DNA of 64,000 nt from Kiritimatiellia bacterium (GCA_040767085.1 JAXGPF010000005.1:288001-352000), one strand, 5' to 3'. Positions 40,673 through 50,882 are shown, counted from the stretch's first letter. Notes: a model not told the origin generated them from the letters alone. Made by a program: numbers and translations.

Positions 40673-43334
40673 GGGACCATCCCCACGGGCGTGGGGAAAA
40701 CTGTAGACATCCACACGCGCACTGCGGACGGGAGGGACCATCCCCACGGGCGTGGGGAAAACCGCCGGCGCCGTGCCAAAGCCGACCTCCTGGCGGGACC
40801 ATCCCCACGGGCGTGGGGAAAACTTCCGCTGCACCCGCCGCAATAGCGGAATATGCGGACCATCCCCACGGGCGTGGGGAAAACGACGACGCATCAAAGT
40901 CGGATACCAGATATATGGGGACCATCCCCACGGGCGTGGGGAAAACAAAATCCGCCGGGTTGAGACCGGGCAAGCATCCGCCATTGGGGAAAACGCGCGC
41001 AGGCAATCAAGTGGCAATACATCGATACTCCCCACGGGCGTGGGGAAAACCGTTGCAATCGGCCCATCCCTTGGGGAAAACTGGCTTGGGCCCGTCGCAT
41101 AATACCTGATTATGGGACCATCCCCACGGGCGTGGGGAAAACAGCGGTTCCGCCGTCGGACCATCCCCACGGGCGTGGGGAAAACGCCGAACTGGCGAGT
41201 GATAGATCGCAGAGGGACCATCCCCACGGGCGTGGGGAAAACGCCCGACCGGCGCGAGCGTTTTAACGCCGCCGGACCATCCCCACGGTCAATTGCCGGC
41301 GGCAATCTGGCGGGCTATTCCCCACGGGCGTGGGGAAAACAGCACCTGGCCGATCACCCGATCCGGGCGTGCCGGATGGGACCATCCCCACGGGCGTGGG
41401 GAAAACGGCGAGGAAATTACGAATGGGACAGGGCGTGGGGAAAACATTACCACTAAACCAACGGTGATTATATCCACGGGACCATCCCCACGGGCGTGGG
41501 GAAAACTAAATATGCCCGGCAATTTCCGCAGGCGGGGGAAACTCCATTGGGCGCCATCCCCACGGGCGTGGGGAAAACCCAACATTAAGCTCGGGTTTCA
41601 TGGCTGGCGGACCATCCCCACGGGCGTGGGGAAAACGTGGGTTGCATTGTTATCTCCTGGTTGCTGCGGGACGGGCGTGGGGAAAACTGCGGCATGGTTC
41701 AGGGGACTATCCCCACGGGCGTGGGGAAAACTCGCGTTCGCACGGCGTCGGCGCCATCCCCACGGGCGTGGGGAAAACAACGTCCGCGCCATTTTCCATC
41801 CCCACGGGCGTGGGGAAAACCGGCATTTAAATCTGCGAATCCCCACGGGCGTGGGGAAAACCGTGCGAGACGCTTCTCGCCACGGACCATCCCCACGGGC
41901 GTGGGGAAAACAATGCGGAATGAGACCCCCTTGCCGCGTCGGGAGGCCACGGGACGGACGGGCGTGGGGAAACAGTCATCGCCCGCCAACCATCCCCACG
42001 GGCGGGGGAAAACGATAGATTGAAGTGATGGGACCATCCCCACGGGCGTGGGGAAAACCCGATAAATCCGATTTCAACCATCCCCACGGCGTGGGGAAAA
42101 CGATGGGCGGGCGGATAATTCGTTAATCAGGTGGACCATCCCCACGGGCGTGGGGAAAACGACCATTTTTCCAGTCGATTCCCCACGGGCGGGAAAACGG
42201 AATCCCCACGGGCGTGGGGAAAACAACGGCGTCCCCACGGGCGTGGGGAAAACCAGCATAGATCCTGGGGAAAACGTCTGGACCATCCCCACGGGCGTGG
42301 GGAAAACGCGACATTCCCCACGGGCGTGGGGAAAACGAAATGGCACGCTGACCATTTCGGGGAAAACTGTCTTCGGGGGGACCATCCCCACGGGCGTGGG
42401 GAAAACTGTAGGGCTGGGGCATCCAACGGTGGGTTTTCGGACCATCCCCACGGGCGTGGGGAAAACTCGCCATTTGCCGGACGGGATCGGGGACCATCCC
42501 CACGGGCGTGGGGAAAACCGCAGTCATCAAGACCGGACCATCCCCACGGGCGTGGGGAAAACCATTACGGATGGCGGATAATTCGGCGCCGGGGAAAACC
42601 ATATATACTTAATCGTAGGGCGACGGGAAGAGACAGAGACGCCGCATGATCCCATCCCCACGGGCGTGGGGAAAACGCCGATCGCGGCAAGAAAAACGGA
42701 CATTGCCGACCATCCCCACGGGCCTGGGGAAAACAATACAAACGATGCAGCCACGGACCATCCCCACGGGGAAAACGACGGGCGTGGGGAAAACTTTACC
42801 GTCGATAAAGCACATCAGTCATGAGACGGCGGACCATCCCCACGGGCGTGGGGAAAACACCATAAATTTCCCGCCACATGGAATCATCGGACCATCCCCA
42901 CGGGCGTGGGGGAAAACATGACGGAAAGCACCGAAACTCCTGAACCATCCCCACGGGCGTGGGGGAAAACGTTCCGGGTTGAGGGCGATTCCATAACTCC
43001 CGACGGACCATCCCCACGGGCGTGGGGAAAAACATGGTGGCGGCGCGGCCGCGGCGGTGGGACCATCCCCACGGGCGTGGGGAAAACCGGTAACGCCATC
43101 CGGCGGCCGCGTGGGAAACGGGGACCATCCCCACGGGCGTGAAAACGACCGTAATCAGGCAGCTCACCGGACCATCCCCACGGGCGGGGGAAAACTGCCC
43201 GGGGAGAAGAAGATCACGGCAGAACGGGCAGACGGCATACCTGGGGGACCATCCCCACGGGCGTGGGGAACACCAGACGCCCCGCGCCCGGCCGCGCTTC
43301 AGGCACGGACCATCCCCACGGGCGTGGGGAAAAC
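40673..43334 (-). CRISPR. Type I-E CRISPR array, about 55 full or fragmentary repeats, irregular in the middle
   Basis: Repeat GTTTTCCCCACGCCCGTGGGGATGGTCC(S) on the minus strand; 61-bp period at both ends; adjacent to I-E cas genes. Counted by eye. Confidence 0.96.
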
Positions 43335-43399
43335 ACCAAGATATAGGTGTCACTGCTCAAAAGATACCCAAGCCTTTGTGCAGATTCAAGATTGATTTG
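43335..43399 (-). promoter_or_regulatory. CRISPR leader with putative promoter
   Basis: AT-richer 65-bp gap before the first repeat; minus strand TTGAAT-N17-TATCTT at 43389-43361. Confidence 0.55.
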
Positions 43400-44185
43400 T
43401 CAAAGAACCGGATTGAGATGATATGGCGCAGGAGGCAAAACCGGCAGCGGCGCCCTATACCCATCGAAAGATCGTTTTAAAATAACACGTGATAACAGTA
43501 AAAGCGCGCGAACGTCGGCGGCGTTATATTTGAGCAATCGCGCAAGATTTGTTTTTTCATCCGGCATCGCCATATGGCGATGCCACAAGCAGGCGGCTTC
43601 CGCACCATCGCCATCTTCATCCGGCGCGCGCTTGATACCTAATTCATGCTCAATCTTCTTCAATCCACCGACATAACCATAAACGCGAATTTCATGCATC
43701 AGATCAATGTGTGGTGGCGAACACTTTAGTCCGAAGAATTGCGCTATCACCGGCCAGTCAAAACGCATGCCATTAAAAGTTACCAATACTTCAATTTTAC
43801 GTAATATTACGAGAAATTCGGATAAATTCATCCCCCGTATGAATTGCGACATCTGACCGGCTTGCCACAATCCAATCACAGTTAAATCGTCATTAACACC
43901 AAGCCCAGTGGTTTCGATGTCCATAAAAGCCACTCCGGCGGCAAAGTCCGGCCATATTCGCATGCGGTGACCGGGCGGTAGCCTTTTGATAAAATAGTCC
44001 GCCACTCTTCCCGACAAAGCCGCTATTAATTCCGGCATTTGTTCAGTCAAATCCGCCGCCTTACGCGGCGAAAGGACATGTCCGGCAAGCGGCAGACAAT
44101 CCCACGTCAGACATCCTGCTTGCCATAGGCGGCGCTCCGCCGCAGCGGAAATTCCCCGGAAACAACACAGGCTGCGCGTGAGCAT
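43400..44185 (-). CDS. RNase H-fold DEDDy 3'-5' exonuclease (YprB/RNase_H_2-like) with N-terminal HhH-like segment
   Basis: AFMDIETTGL, VTFNGMRFDWP, HIDL, GGLKKIE, YNAADV motifs; TGATG overlap with the cas2 stop. Confidence 0.87.
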   Translation of the reverse strand: MLTRSLCCFRGISAAAERRLWQAGCLTWDCLPLAGHVLSPRKAADLTEQMPELIAALSGRVADYFIKRLPPGHRMRIWPDFAAGVAFMDIETTGLGVNDDLTVIGLWQAGQMSQFIRGMNLSEFLVILRKIEVLVTFNGMRFDWPVIAQFFGLKCSPPHIDLMHEIRVYGYVGGLKKIEHELGIKRAPDEDGDGAEAACLWHRHMAMPDEKTNLARLLKYNAADVRALLLLSRVILKRSFDGYRAPLPVLPPAPYHLNPVL

Positions 44186-44487
44186 CACTCGGTCTCCAGT
44201 TTTTCCGAATCAGCCCACGCTTCAGCCAGTAATTGGAGCCCAGACAATCGCACTTGCCGGCGCGGCGTGTCGCCAAAACATTCAATGCTAAAACCTTGAG
44301 AGGTCCGCTCCGTACCGATGACCAGCATGCCTAGTCCAGGGGCATTCCGGCGAATATATTCCAAAGTTTTGGATCGAGTGCGAGTATTGACACTGCCAAC
44401 AAACACATTTGGCCGGGGCTCAATGAACCAACGTTTAAGCATGCCCCGGATAGCCGGCGGAGTTTCGTTAGTTAGAATAACGGTCAT
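44185..44487 (-). CDS. cas2: Type I-E Cas2
   Basis: PPAIRGMLKRWFIEPRPNVFVG...QGF; 100 aa; follows cas1. Confidence 0.94.
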   Translation of the reverse strand: MTVILTNETPPAIRGMLKRWFIEPRPNVFVGSVNTRTRSKTLEYIRRNAPGLGMLVIGTERTSQGFSIECFGDTPRRQVRLSGLQLLAEAWADSEKLETE

Positions 44488-45323
44488 GCATCCTCAAAGA
44501 GGTTTTCAATGTCTTTCGGCATGCGTTGCAGAAGGCGGCGATCCTCGATATGGAATTTCAACCGTGTAATCACGTCGTCTTCTGTCGCATCCGGTTTCAG
44601 GCCGATGGTTTCGAAAGCCGCCGGCAAGGTAGTTTCCGGCTTATAAATATCGGCAATATCCAGAGCAAATGCCCGCATGGAATTGGTGTGAATGAATCCC
44701 AGCGCCGGCAAATACCCCAGAGCATAAACCACTGAAGTCGTCAGCGCATAAAGCGCGGCATTAGCGGCGGAAACCGCGCGGTTGATGTTGTCGGCCAATT
44801 CCCAATTATTCGGGTTGTAATTGCGGCCTTTCCAAGTCACACCATATCGAACACCTAAATCAGCGTAAAGCGCCTTAACACGGCGACCTTCCATCCCACG
44901 CAATTCTTTTATGGCGATACTTGAGACATCCACACCTGCGAAACGCAGACTGAACATGCGGCGCGCGACAATATCCCGCTTGCTTTTTGACACAGCGAGT
45001 TCCGCCTGACGCCGGGCACGCTCGTTGTCATGAGTTGGCGCAACGCCATGCGCATAAAAATGCGTTCCTTCTGTACCTACCCAACATACGGTTGTGTTGC
45101 ATTCAGAACAGGCCTTTATAGCGGCATGGGTTACAGTAGTTCCCGGACCGAGCAACACCACGCTGAGCGAAGCCACCGGTAAGCGGAACACCGTGCGATC
45201 GGCGCCGATCCATTTCACGCTGGAGTCATCAACTTCAATGCGGCCATGTTCCAGGTAGATCGGCGTCCAGCATTCACGTACCGGAGGAAGTGTTTCCAAC
45301 GGCGGGCGCTCAAACACCGGCAT
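44484..45323 (-). CDS. cas1: Type I-E Cas1
   Basis: LLGPGTTVTHAA, LRGMEGRRV, LGFIHT, DIADIYK. Confidence 0.96.
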   Translation of the reverse strand: MPVFERPPLETLPPVRECWTPIYLEHGRIEVDDSSVKWIGADRTVFRLPVASLSVVLLGPGTTVTHAAIKACSECNTTVCWVGTEGTHFYAHGVAPTHDNERARRQAELAVSKSKRDIVARRMFSLRFAGVDVSSIAIKELRGMEGRRVKALYADLGVRYGVTWKGRNYNPNNWELADNINRAVSAANAALYALTTSVVYALGYLPALGFIHTNSMRAFALDIADIYKPETTLPAAFETIGLKPDATEDDVITRLKFHIEDRRLLQRMPKDIENLFEDA

Positions 45324-45326
45324 GTG

Positions 45327-46013
45327 TCATCCTTCCTGACGCGTGGCGGCTATTTTGCGAATCCGGCGCGGATTGAATTCGCGTGTCGCAAAATTTAACG
45401 GCGAATCCATTAATGTGTCCGTGCCATCGCTAAACGACGTCGCGTCTTCAATCCGCGTGAATTCGGTAAGATTGTGCCCGGCCAAGTCTAATGCCGCCAT
45501 GGCATCCTCGATGGAAGCCGCCACATTGCCGTGCACAATCGGCGAGGCTGGGATGCAGTTTTTGCGCCCGAACCAGACACCCCAACGCGGGTTGCGTAAT
45601 GCCCCGGCAATTTCCTCCAACACTTCTCGTGGCCCGGCCAGGATGACGCCAAACCTGGCATCGAGTAGGTATTGACGACGCGATATGACCGCATCCTTTT
45701 TAATTTTATTTTCGGCGCTGCGGGTACCGCTAACCGTATGAAAGTCATCCAACCGCCTGATTTCCAGCGGCGGACGGGAACCGTCAGGCTGACGCCGGAT
45801 TTCCAGTATTGTCATGCGCAAGGATTCCATGCGCGTCAAACTATTTCGCTCAGCATCGGTTCCTTTTGCTAGACCTTGCGCGGCGCAAATCATGCCGAGC
45901 AGTGCGCTGCGCGTCGGGTGTAAAGCCGTGGTGCGCCGCTGGAATCGGCTGGCGAAGCCAAAGCTCATCAGCGGCGCATCCAGCATGAGCGCGAGATAAG
46001 ATTGTTCAGACAT
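45327..46013 (-). CDS. cas5e: Type I-E Cas5 (CasD)
   Basis: LDAPLMSFG..SRF..R.T..HPTRSALLGMICAAQG, DFHTV, YLLDARF, FGRKNCIP. Confidence 0.94.
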   Translation of the reverse strand: MSEQSYLALMLDAPLMSFGFASRFQRRTTALHPTRSALLGMICAAQGLAKGTDAERNSLTRMESLRMTILEIRRQPDGSRPPLEIRRLDDFHTVSGTRSAENKIKKDAVISRRQYLLDARFGVILAGPREVLEEIAGALRNPRWGVWFGRKNCIPASPIVHGNVAASIEDAMAALDLAGHNLTEFTRIEDATSFSDGTDTLMDSPLNFATREFNPRRIRKIAATRQEG

Positions 46014-47157
46014 GTTTTAAAATCTCTCCGCAAAATTCATCCAATGATCTAACGAGCTTGGCAACTTCCGTGACTGAATCGTTCAATAGTCTATCGGACA
46101 AGGCAACTTCCGCGACTGTTTTGATCCCCCAAGTGTTTTTTAATGCTTTGTGATGTTTTGTTAACTCCGTAATGGATTCATCCACAAACCCGTTTTTTGA
46201 CCTAACCGGTTTCTCGAAGGCATTAACGAGCTGTATCGGCTGACCATGATCCTTGACAATCCCCAGCACATACACTGGCCGCGTGTTTGCATTCATGGAA
46301 TTCTTCCGTGCGCCAGGCACGGCCTGCAATGTTGCGCGGATAAAAGCGTCCACCACTTGCTTGTGTGCTTCCGGGGAAAGCGCTCCGAGATGATCGGCAT
46401 CTGTCAAAAGATCAAGATTAAGAGCAGCGTAGCGGTAATAGCAGGCGGAGTTGAATTCCGCCGTGCCCATATTAGCAGCGCCAGCGTCATCCCCTTTTTG
46501 TTTTTCATCCTCCACTGCCGTCCAGAAATCAAGATCATTGTCTGATTTATGTGTGGAAAGAGCGTGACTGAACATTCCGGCGCCTTCCAACGTCACATCG
46601 CTAGCGTTGGCTACCATACGTCCAAAAATAGCTATGTCGGCAGCGTCTTTTGGGATGCCTTTCCCAAGCGCCTTAATGGCAGCATCTTTCAACAACTTTG
46701 CATCAATACCGGACTTGTCCTGCCGCGCCTTGTGAACCCCCCCGGCTATGATTTTTATTTCTTCCGGTGAAAAATAAAGTAATGTGCTCGTTTGCTCCTG
46801 TTCCGCAGATGACTCTACATCCGCCGGTTTTTTCCCTTTCTTAGCTTTTGGCAGTTCTTTTGCCAAAAATAGATGAAGTACCTCTTCCGCGGTCTTACGT
46901 GCTTCCGACTGATCCCATCCGTACTGACCGACCAACGCCTTTGTTAAATCGTCGGCAGCCTTTCGTGTACGACTTCCCTTGAATGCGGTGTTATTGATTT
47001 CTCGCGCCATCTCCCGGATGGCGCGTTTCTGGCATTGGCTGGAGATGCGGGCACGGGTGCATCCGCCAAAGATGGCGGTTTTGGGCGCATTGACATCATC
47101 ACGGTTGAGGCATGACACGGGGAACGACTGGAGAATATGGAGTTCGATTAATTTCAT
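46006..47157 (-). CDS. cas7e: Type I-E Cas7 (CasC/Cse4)
   Basis: IELHILQSFPVSCLNRDD..APKT..FGG..RARISSQ, DIAIFGRMVA, HALSTH, YYRYA. Confidence 0.96.
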   Translation of the reverse strand: MKLIELHILQSFPVSCLNRDDVNAPKTAIFGGCTRARISSQCQKRAIREMAREINNTAFKGSRTRKAADDLTKALVGQYGWDQSEARKTAEEVLHLFLAKELPKAKKGKKPADVESSAEQEQTSTLLYFSPEEIKIIAGGVHKARQDKSGIDAKLLKDAAIKALGKGIPKDAADIAIFGRMVANASDVTLEGAGMFSHALSTHKSDNDLDFWTAVEDEKQKGDDAGAANMGTAEFNSACYYRYAALNLDLLTDADHLGALSPEAHKQVVDAFIRATLQAVPGARKNSMNANTRPVYVLGIVKDHGQPIQLVNAFEKPVRSKNGFVDESITELTKHHKALKNTWGIKTVAEVALSDRLLNDSVTEVAKLVRSLDEFCGEILKHV

Positions 47158-47218
47158 GTTTTTATCCTCTTGCTTAGTTTGTTTTCACGAAGTTTCCCGG
47201 CAAAGATACAAAACGTTT

Positions 47219-48127
47219 TTATGGATGCAGGCCTCCTTTCGGAATTATTTCCGGCAAGCAGGTGTGGCGGCTCAACTTGTTACGCAACACCTCGTGAAGT
47301 CTCGGTTTATCGCGGGCATACAATGAAACCAGCTTTTTTTCAGCCTGCTGATAGAGTTTTTTCTTTTCCATCATGCCGATTTGATAATCGAGGTTATCCT
47401 CCATGCCCCAATATTCGATGTATAAGTCAAATTCCGGCAGGTAATAATCAGGACGGATGGCATAACCCTTGATTATGCGAAAGCGGTTGTCGTAGCGAAA
47501 AACGATGCCCAACGCCGCGAGTTCCTCGGCAATAATGCGCTCGCCATCGGACTGCACCACCGTGCCATTGCCAGCTTGAATTGTTTTATTCAATTCCACC
47601 TGGGTTTCCCAATTTCGGCGCTTAAGGAAGACTTCATCGAAGCAAATGTCACAATATGTGCGCTGAAAAGCCTTTTGCGACCGCGCATATTCATCGGCCG
47701 CAACCGGTCTGTCACACCGCCCACACTTATGCACGACGCCTTGTTCAGCGATCCGCACGGCTTCGCGGATGGTCTTGCCGGCGGCGATAACGGAGCGCTT
47801 TACATAGTCCTTTTCGGTCGGATTTTGTTGGAGGTCACATAAATCCGGCAAGGCGGATTGGGCCGCTACTCCAAATGCGCCCAACGCCTTAGCGGCATAC
47901 TGTCGCACTTGCGGGTGCTGGTCTGCCAGCAATGGACGCAGCAAGTCCACCGACACCGCGGAGTCCACAATCCCCGCAAGCTTACCAACGGCAGAGGCGG
48001 CCAGACGGCGTACCAAGGGCGACTCCGACCGCGTAAAACCGGCCAATTCGGGCAGGACATCGGCGCCGGCGCTTTCACCAAGCGCAGCGGCACGGGCGGC
48101 AAGTCGTCTTTCATTGGCAATATTCAT
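47219..48127 (-). CDS. HEAT-repeat + Cys4 + PD-(D/E)XK nuclease-like protein inserted in the cas operon
   Basis: PBS-lyase/HEAT repeats (PLVRRLAASAVGKL, PQVRQYAAKALG), CGRC...CDIC, and VQSDGERIIA...RPDYYLPEFDLYIEYWGM. Confidence 0.78.
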   Translation of the reverse strand: MNIANERRLAARAAALGESAGADVLPELAGFTRSESPLVRRLAASAVGKLAGIVDSAVSVDLLRPLLADQHPQVRQYAAKALGAFGVAAQSALPDLCDLQQNPTEKDYVKRSVIAAGKTIREAVRIAEQGVVHKCGRCDRPVAADEYARSQKAFQRTYCDICFDEVFLKRRNWETQVELNKTIQAGNGTVVQSDGERIIAEELAALGIVFRYDNRFRIIKGYAIRPDYYLPEFDLYIEYWGMEDNLDYQIGMMEKKKLYQQAEKKLVSLYARDKPRLHEVLRNKLSRHTCLPEIIPKGGLHP

Positions 48128-48181
48128 AGAGAATATCCACACGACTTTTTACGCGTCTCGGATGACGCTACATCGCGTCGT

Positions 48182-48796
48182 TCAGGCAGACGGAACGATG
48201 GCCAGCAAGCCAAAGCCAAACCCCTTGGCAGAACCGATTCCCCGAAGGAAGGCGGCTTGAAAAGCTGCCGGATCTACTACTGTCAAAACACCATCATACT
48301 CCACGGCATGGTGGAAGCCTGAATTCTTGCGTTTTTCAATTTGAAACCATTCACGCCCTTGCGGAATAATGCACAAGTTTTCCTCATTAACCGCGAAACC
48401 GGACTGCGCGGCCTTGCGCTTGATCCAGTCGGTCTGCTCCTGCGTAGTTCGTAATGGCAAACGTTTACGGCTGACGTTGTCGCGCTTGGTGGGATTGGCG
48501 CGCAGTTGGAAGCGATATTGCCGGTGCTTAAAAAAAGACTGTGGGATTTCACGGGTCTGCCAGGCATCAGCTATGGCGGGCCATCCGTCGGGGCGGACTG
48601 GCGGCCGCGGAGATACAATCAGAAGCCTAAATACTTGATCGCGCGTCCGGTGTTCAAGCCGTGTGAGAAAGTCACGCGGTTCGCCGGCACGATCAGGAAA
48701 AGCAGCCCAGACAAGCTGATGCCAGTCATATACATCGCGGATTTTCAACCGGGCGGCGGTTTCACAATCGAGGAATGCCTGAGTCAGAAATTTCAT
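48182..48796 (-). CDS. cas6e: Type I-E Cas6 (CasE/Cse3)
   Basis: YDWHQLVWAAFP, FQLRANPTK, glycine-rich loop GIGSAKGFGFGLL. Confidence 0.95.
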   Translation of the reverse strand: MKFLTQAFLDCETAARLKIRDVYDWHQLVWAAFPDRAGEPRDFLTRLEHRTRDQVFRLLIVSPRPPVRPDGWPAIADAWQTREIPQSFFKHRQYRFQLRANPTKRDNVSRKRLPLRTTQEQTDWIKRKAAQSGFAVNEENLCIIPQGREWFQIEKRKNSGFHHAVEYDGVLTVVDPAAFQAAFLRGIGSAKGFGFGLLAIVPSA

Positions 48797-49323
48797 AATT
48801 TCGCCTCGGTTGCGGGGGTGGTTTCTTCGGAATCCATCAAGTTGGCCGCAACGCCATCATCCGGCTCAGCGGCACCCCAAAACGACTTAGCCCAAGCGAC
48901 TTGGACATGATCACCCCACCAGAGCAAGTCGGACAGAAGTTGAGTATAATTGACATGCATACCTTTGGCGTGCGCGGCGCGGACAACAGGTACAATCCGT
49001 TCGGGAATTTCATTGAAATCGCAGCTTAAAAGACGTTTTAAGCGACCCTCGAATGAATTATGTTCGCCTTTTAGTTGAGCTAATGTGTCCCCCAGATTTC
49101 CGGCGGAACAAGCCAACTCCGGCGCCATGGCCCAAAGCGCGGCAACCACCTCATACCGCCGGTCGCCGATGGCGTCCTTGAAAGCGCCCAATATAGGCCA
49201 GGCATTGGGACGGCGGGCTTCGCTGAGTGCGCCACGCAAATTGGCAAGCGCGCCGCGATCTTCCTTGTAACGTTGCAGGGAATGAACAAAGGCAACTGCT
49301 AGCGGATGTATCCTTGGGCTCAT
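48793..49323 (-). CDS. cse2: Type I-E Cas11 (CasB/Cse2)
   Basis: DRGALANLR, RLKRLL, VNYTQLLSDLLWW, WAKSFW; follows cse1. Confidence 0.9.
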   Translation of the reverse strand: MSPRIHPLAVAFVHSLQRYKEDRGALANLRGALSEARRPNAWPILGAFKDAIGDRRYEVVAALWAMAPELACSAGNLGDTLAQLKGEHNSFEGRLKRLLSCDFNEIPERIVPVVRAAHAKGMHVNYTQLLSDLLWWGDHVQVAWAKSFWGAAEPDDGVAANLMDSEETTPATEAKL

Positions 49324-50882
49324 GTTTCCTCCTCTTCGACGACGGATTGATTTTCATTGTTTTCGAGCGGCTTGAACAACACTTTCAGCCCCTCACAATA
49401 CGCCCTCATTTGGCGCGGGGTGTCATGCGGGCAGGCTAGTTCGTAGGCATCCCGGGCGGCGCGTGCTAATGCCCGTCCCCATTCTGTGCCGTGCCAGTGT
49501 TCCTTGCCGGAATTATCGGGGTCAAGCAACGCGGGGTTTTTTACTATAACCAGTAACAGTGGCACCTGTTGTTCAATGGCGGTCCAGTAGTGTGCGGCGG
49601 CTTTTTGTTTTATTAGCCCGCCACGCAAGCGTGATTCAGGCCGGCGCAAATCATCTTTAATGGCGGCATGATAATCGGCAACCGCGAAATTGATTTTTTT
49701 GCCCCAGGATTCGGCCTGCGCCACGCCCTGCTGATAAAGTTGCCGGCCGGCATCGGCAAACATTTGCATGGGTACATGTAAAACCGATTCGATGACATCA
49801 ATTATATTAGTGGTTTTTCTAGGCTCATGAACGACCGCGCCGGCAAAAACATCGATGTCAAGATCATCTTCAATATTTTGTAGGACTAATGGTCCGCCCA
49901 GATGATTATTTTGATCATATTTTCGGACAGTTATAACATGCAACTCGCGCCATAACGCCTTGGCGACAGATCCCTCTAATTGCCGTCGTTCGTCATCCCG
50001 GTAAGCGGATTGGTAAATCGTAGCCATTGGATCACGCCAACCGCTATTCGCAAATGAAGGATAATCCAAGGCGCCACCCCAGATCATGGAACGACTGTCC
50101 TGCAAATGCACCGCTCGCGATATTGGCACAAGACGCCCGACATATGTTTTAACTGCATTATCAACGGCCGGATGATCGCCGGGCCCATCGGGCATTAATT
50201 CCCAAACGGGATACCCCCACGCTTGCTTCAGCATGGATACTTGATCTTTATTGATCAAATTCATCCAGATGGAATCCAACAATGAAGTGCGATTTAAAAT
50301 CATCGTGTGAACCATCTTGCCCGCCAAACCAGGCGATGCCGCGTTCCCCGCTTTTTTTGTCCGAACGCCCTTCCACATGCATTCTGAAAGCAGCCCGCCC
50401 GATGAAAACAACTGAAACACCAGCAACATGAGCGCTAATTGCGCAGGCATAAATTCACGCAATTCACCGCCGGCATTGTCAAAAAGCGTCGGCGCGGCCC
50501 CAGTTGCCAATGCGGAATCAAGCTTACTCAACGAAATCAACTTGGTTTCATCCCTGGTGGCGGTGTTACTAACATTGGCCACCTGCAAAAACCGCTGGCC
50601 GTCACCGAAAAGTTCAAAGGCGTGTTTCCATTTGGCGAGATAATCGGCGGCGGCTTGGGGAAGTCTTTTTCGGCAACTCTGCCACTCTTCGCGGTCTTTG
50701 GGGCCATCCAACGCGGCTTGGGCAATGCAGATCAGCAGACGCATGAGCGCAATGCGCTCATGCGGACGCACGGCCAGGTCGCGGATATTTTCGCCATGTT
50801 GAAACACATCCAGCAGGCTGACTTTGCCTGCATGGCCATCATCCCAAACCACCGGAATCCATTTATCAATCGTAAGATTCAT
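49320..50882 (-). CDS. cse1: Type I-E Cas8e (CasA/Cse1)
   Basis: MNLTIDKWIPV, ALMRLL, FELF...RFLQ, ALWR; 520 aa; follows cas3. Confidence 0.92.
   Translation of the reverse strand: MNLTIDKWIPVVWDDGHAGKVSLLDVFQHGENIRDLAVRPHERIALMRLLICIAQAALDGPKDREEWQSCRKRLPQAAADYLAKWKHAFELFGDGQRFLQVANVSNTATRDETKLISLSKLDSALATGAAPTLFDNAGGELREFMPAQLALMLLVFQLFSSGGLLSECMWKGVRTKKAGNAASPGLAGKMVHTMILNRTSLLDSIWMNLINKDQVSMLKQAWGYPVWELMPDGPGDHPAVDNAVKTYVGRLVPISRAVHLQDSRSMIWGGALDYPSFANSGWRDPMATIYQSAYRDDERRQLEGSVAKALWRELHVITVRKYDQNNHLGGPLVLQNIEDDLDIDVFAGAVVHEPRKTTNIIDVIESVLHVPMQMFADAGRQLYQQGVAQAESWGKKINFAVADYHAAIKDDLRRPESRLRGGLIKQKAAAHYWTAIEQQVPLLLVIVKNPALLDPDNSGKEHWHGTEWGRALARAARDAYELACPHDTPRQMRAYCEGLKVLFKPLENNENQSVVEEEET

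Noticed and set aside
40397-43334. Self-targeting spacers within the window
   Set aside because: No convincing match was seen by eye, only short chance matches such as TTTCCTC. A computational search is needed to exclude it.
40610-43480. Many overlapping ORFs with FPTPVGMV / PSPRAWGK / HPHGRGEN repeats
   Set aside because: They are translations of the CRISPR repeat, not proteins.
44185-50882. Cas5-HNH, Cas8-HNH or Cas2-DnaQ fusion
   Set aside because: Cas5 (228 aa), Cse1 (520 aa) and Cas2 (100 aa) are normal length, and a stop with a frame change separates cas2 from the exonuclease. Raw reads should confirm that junction.
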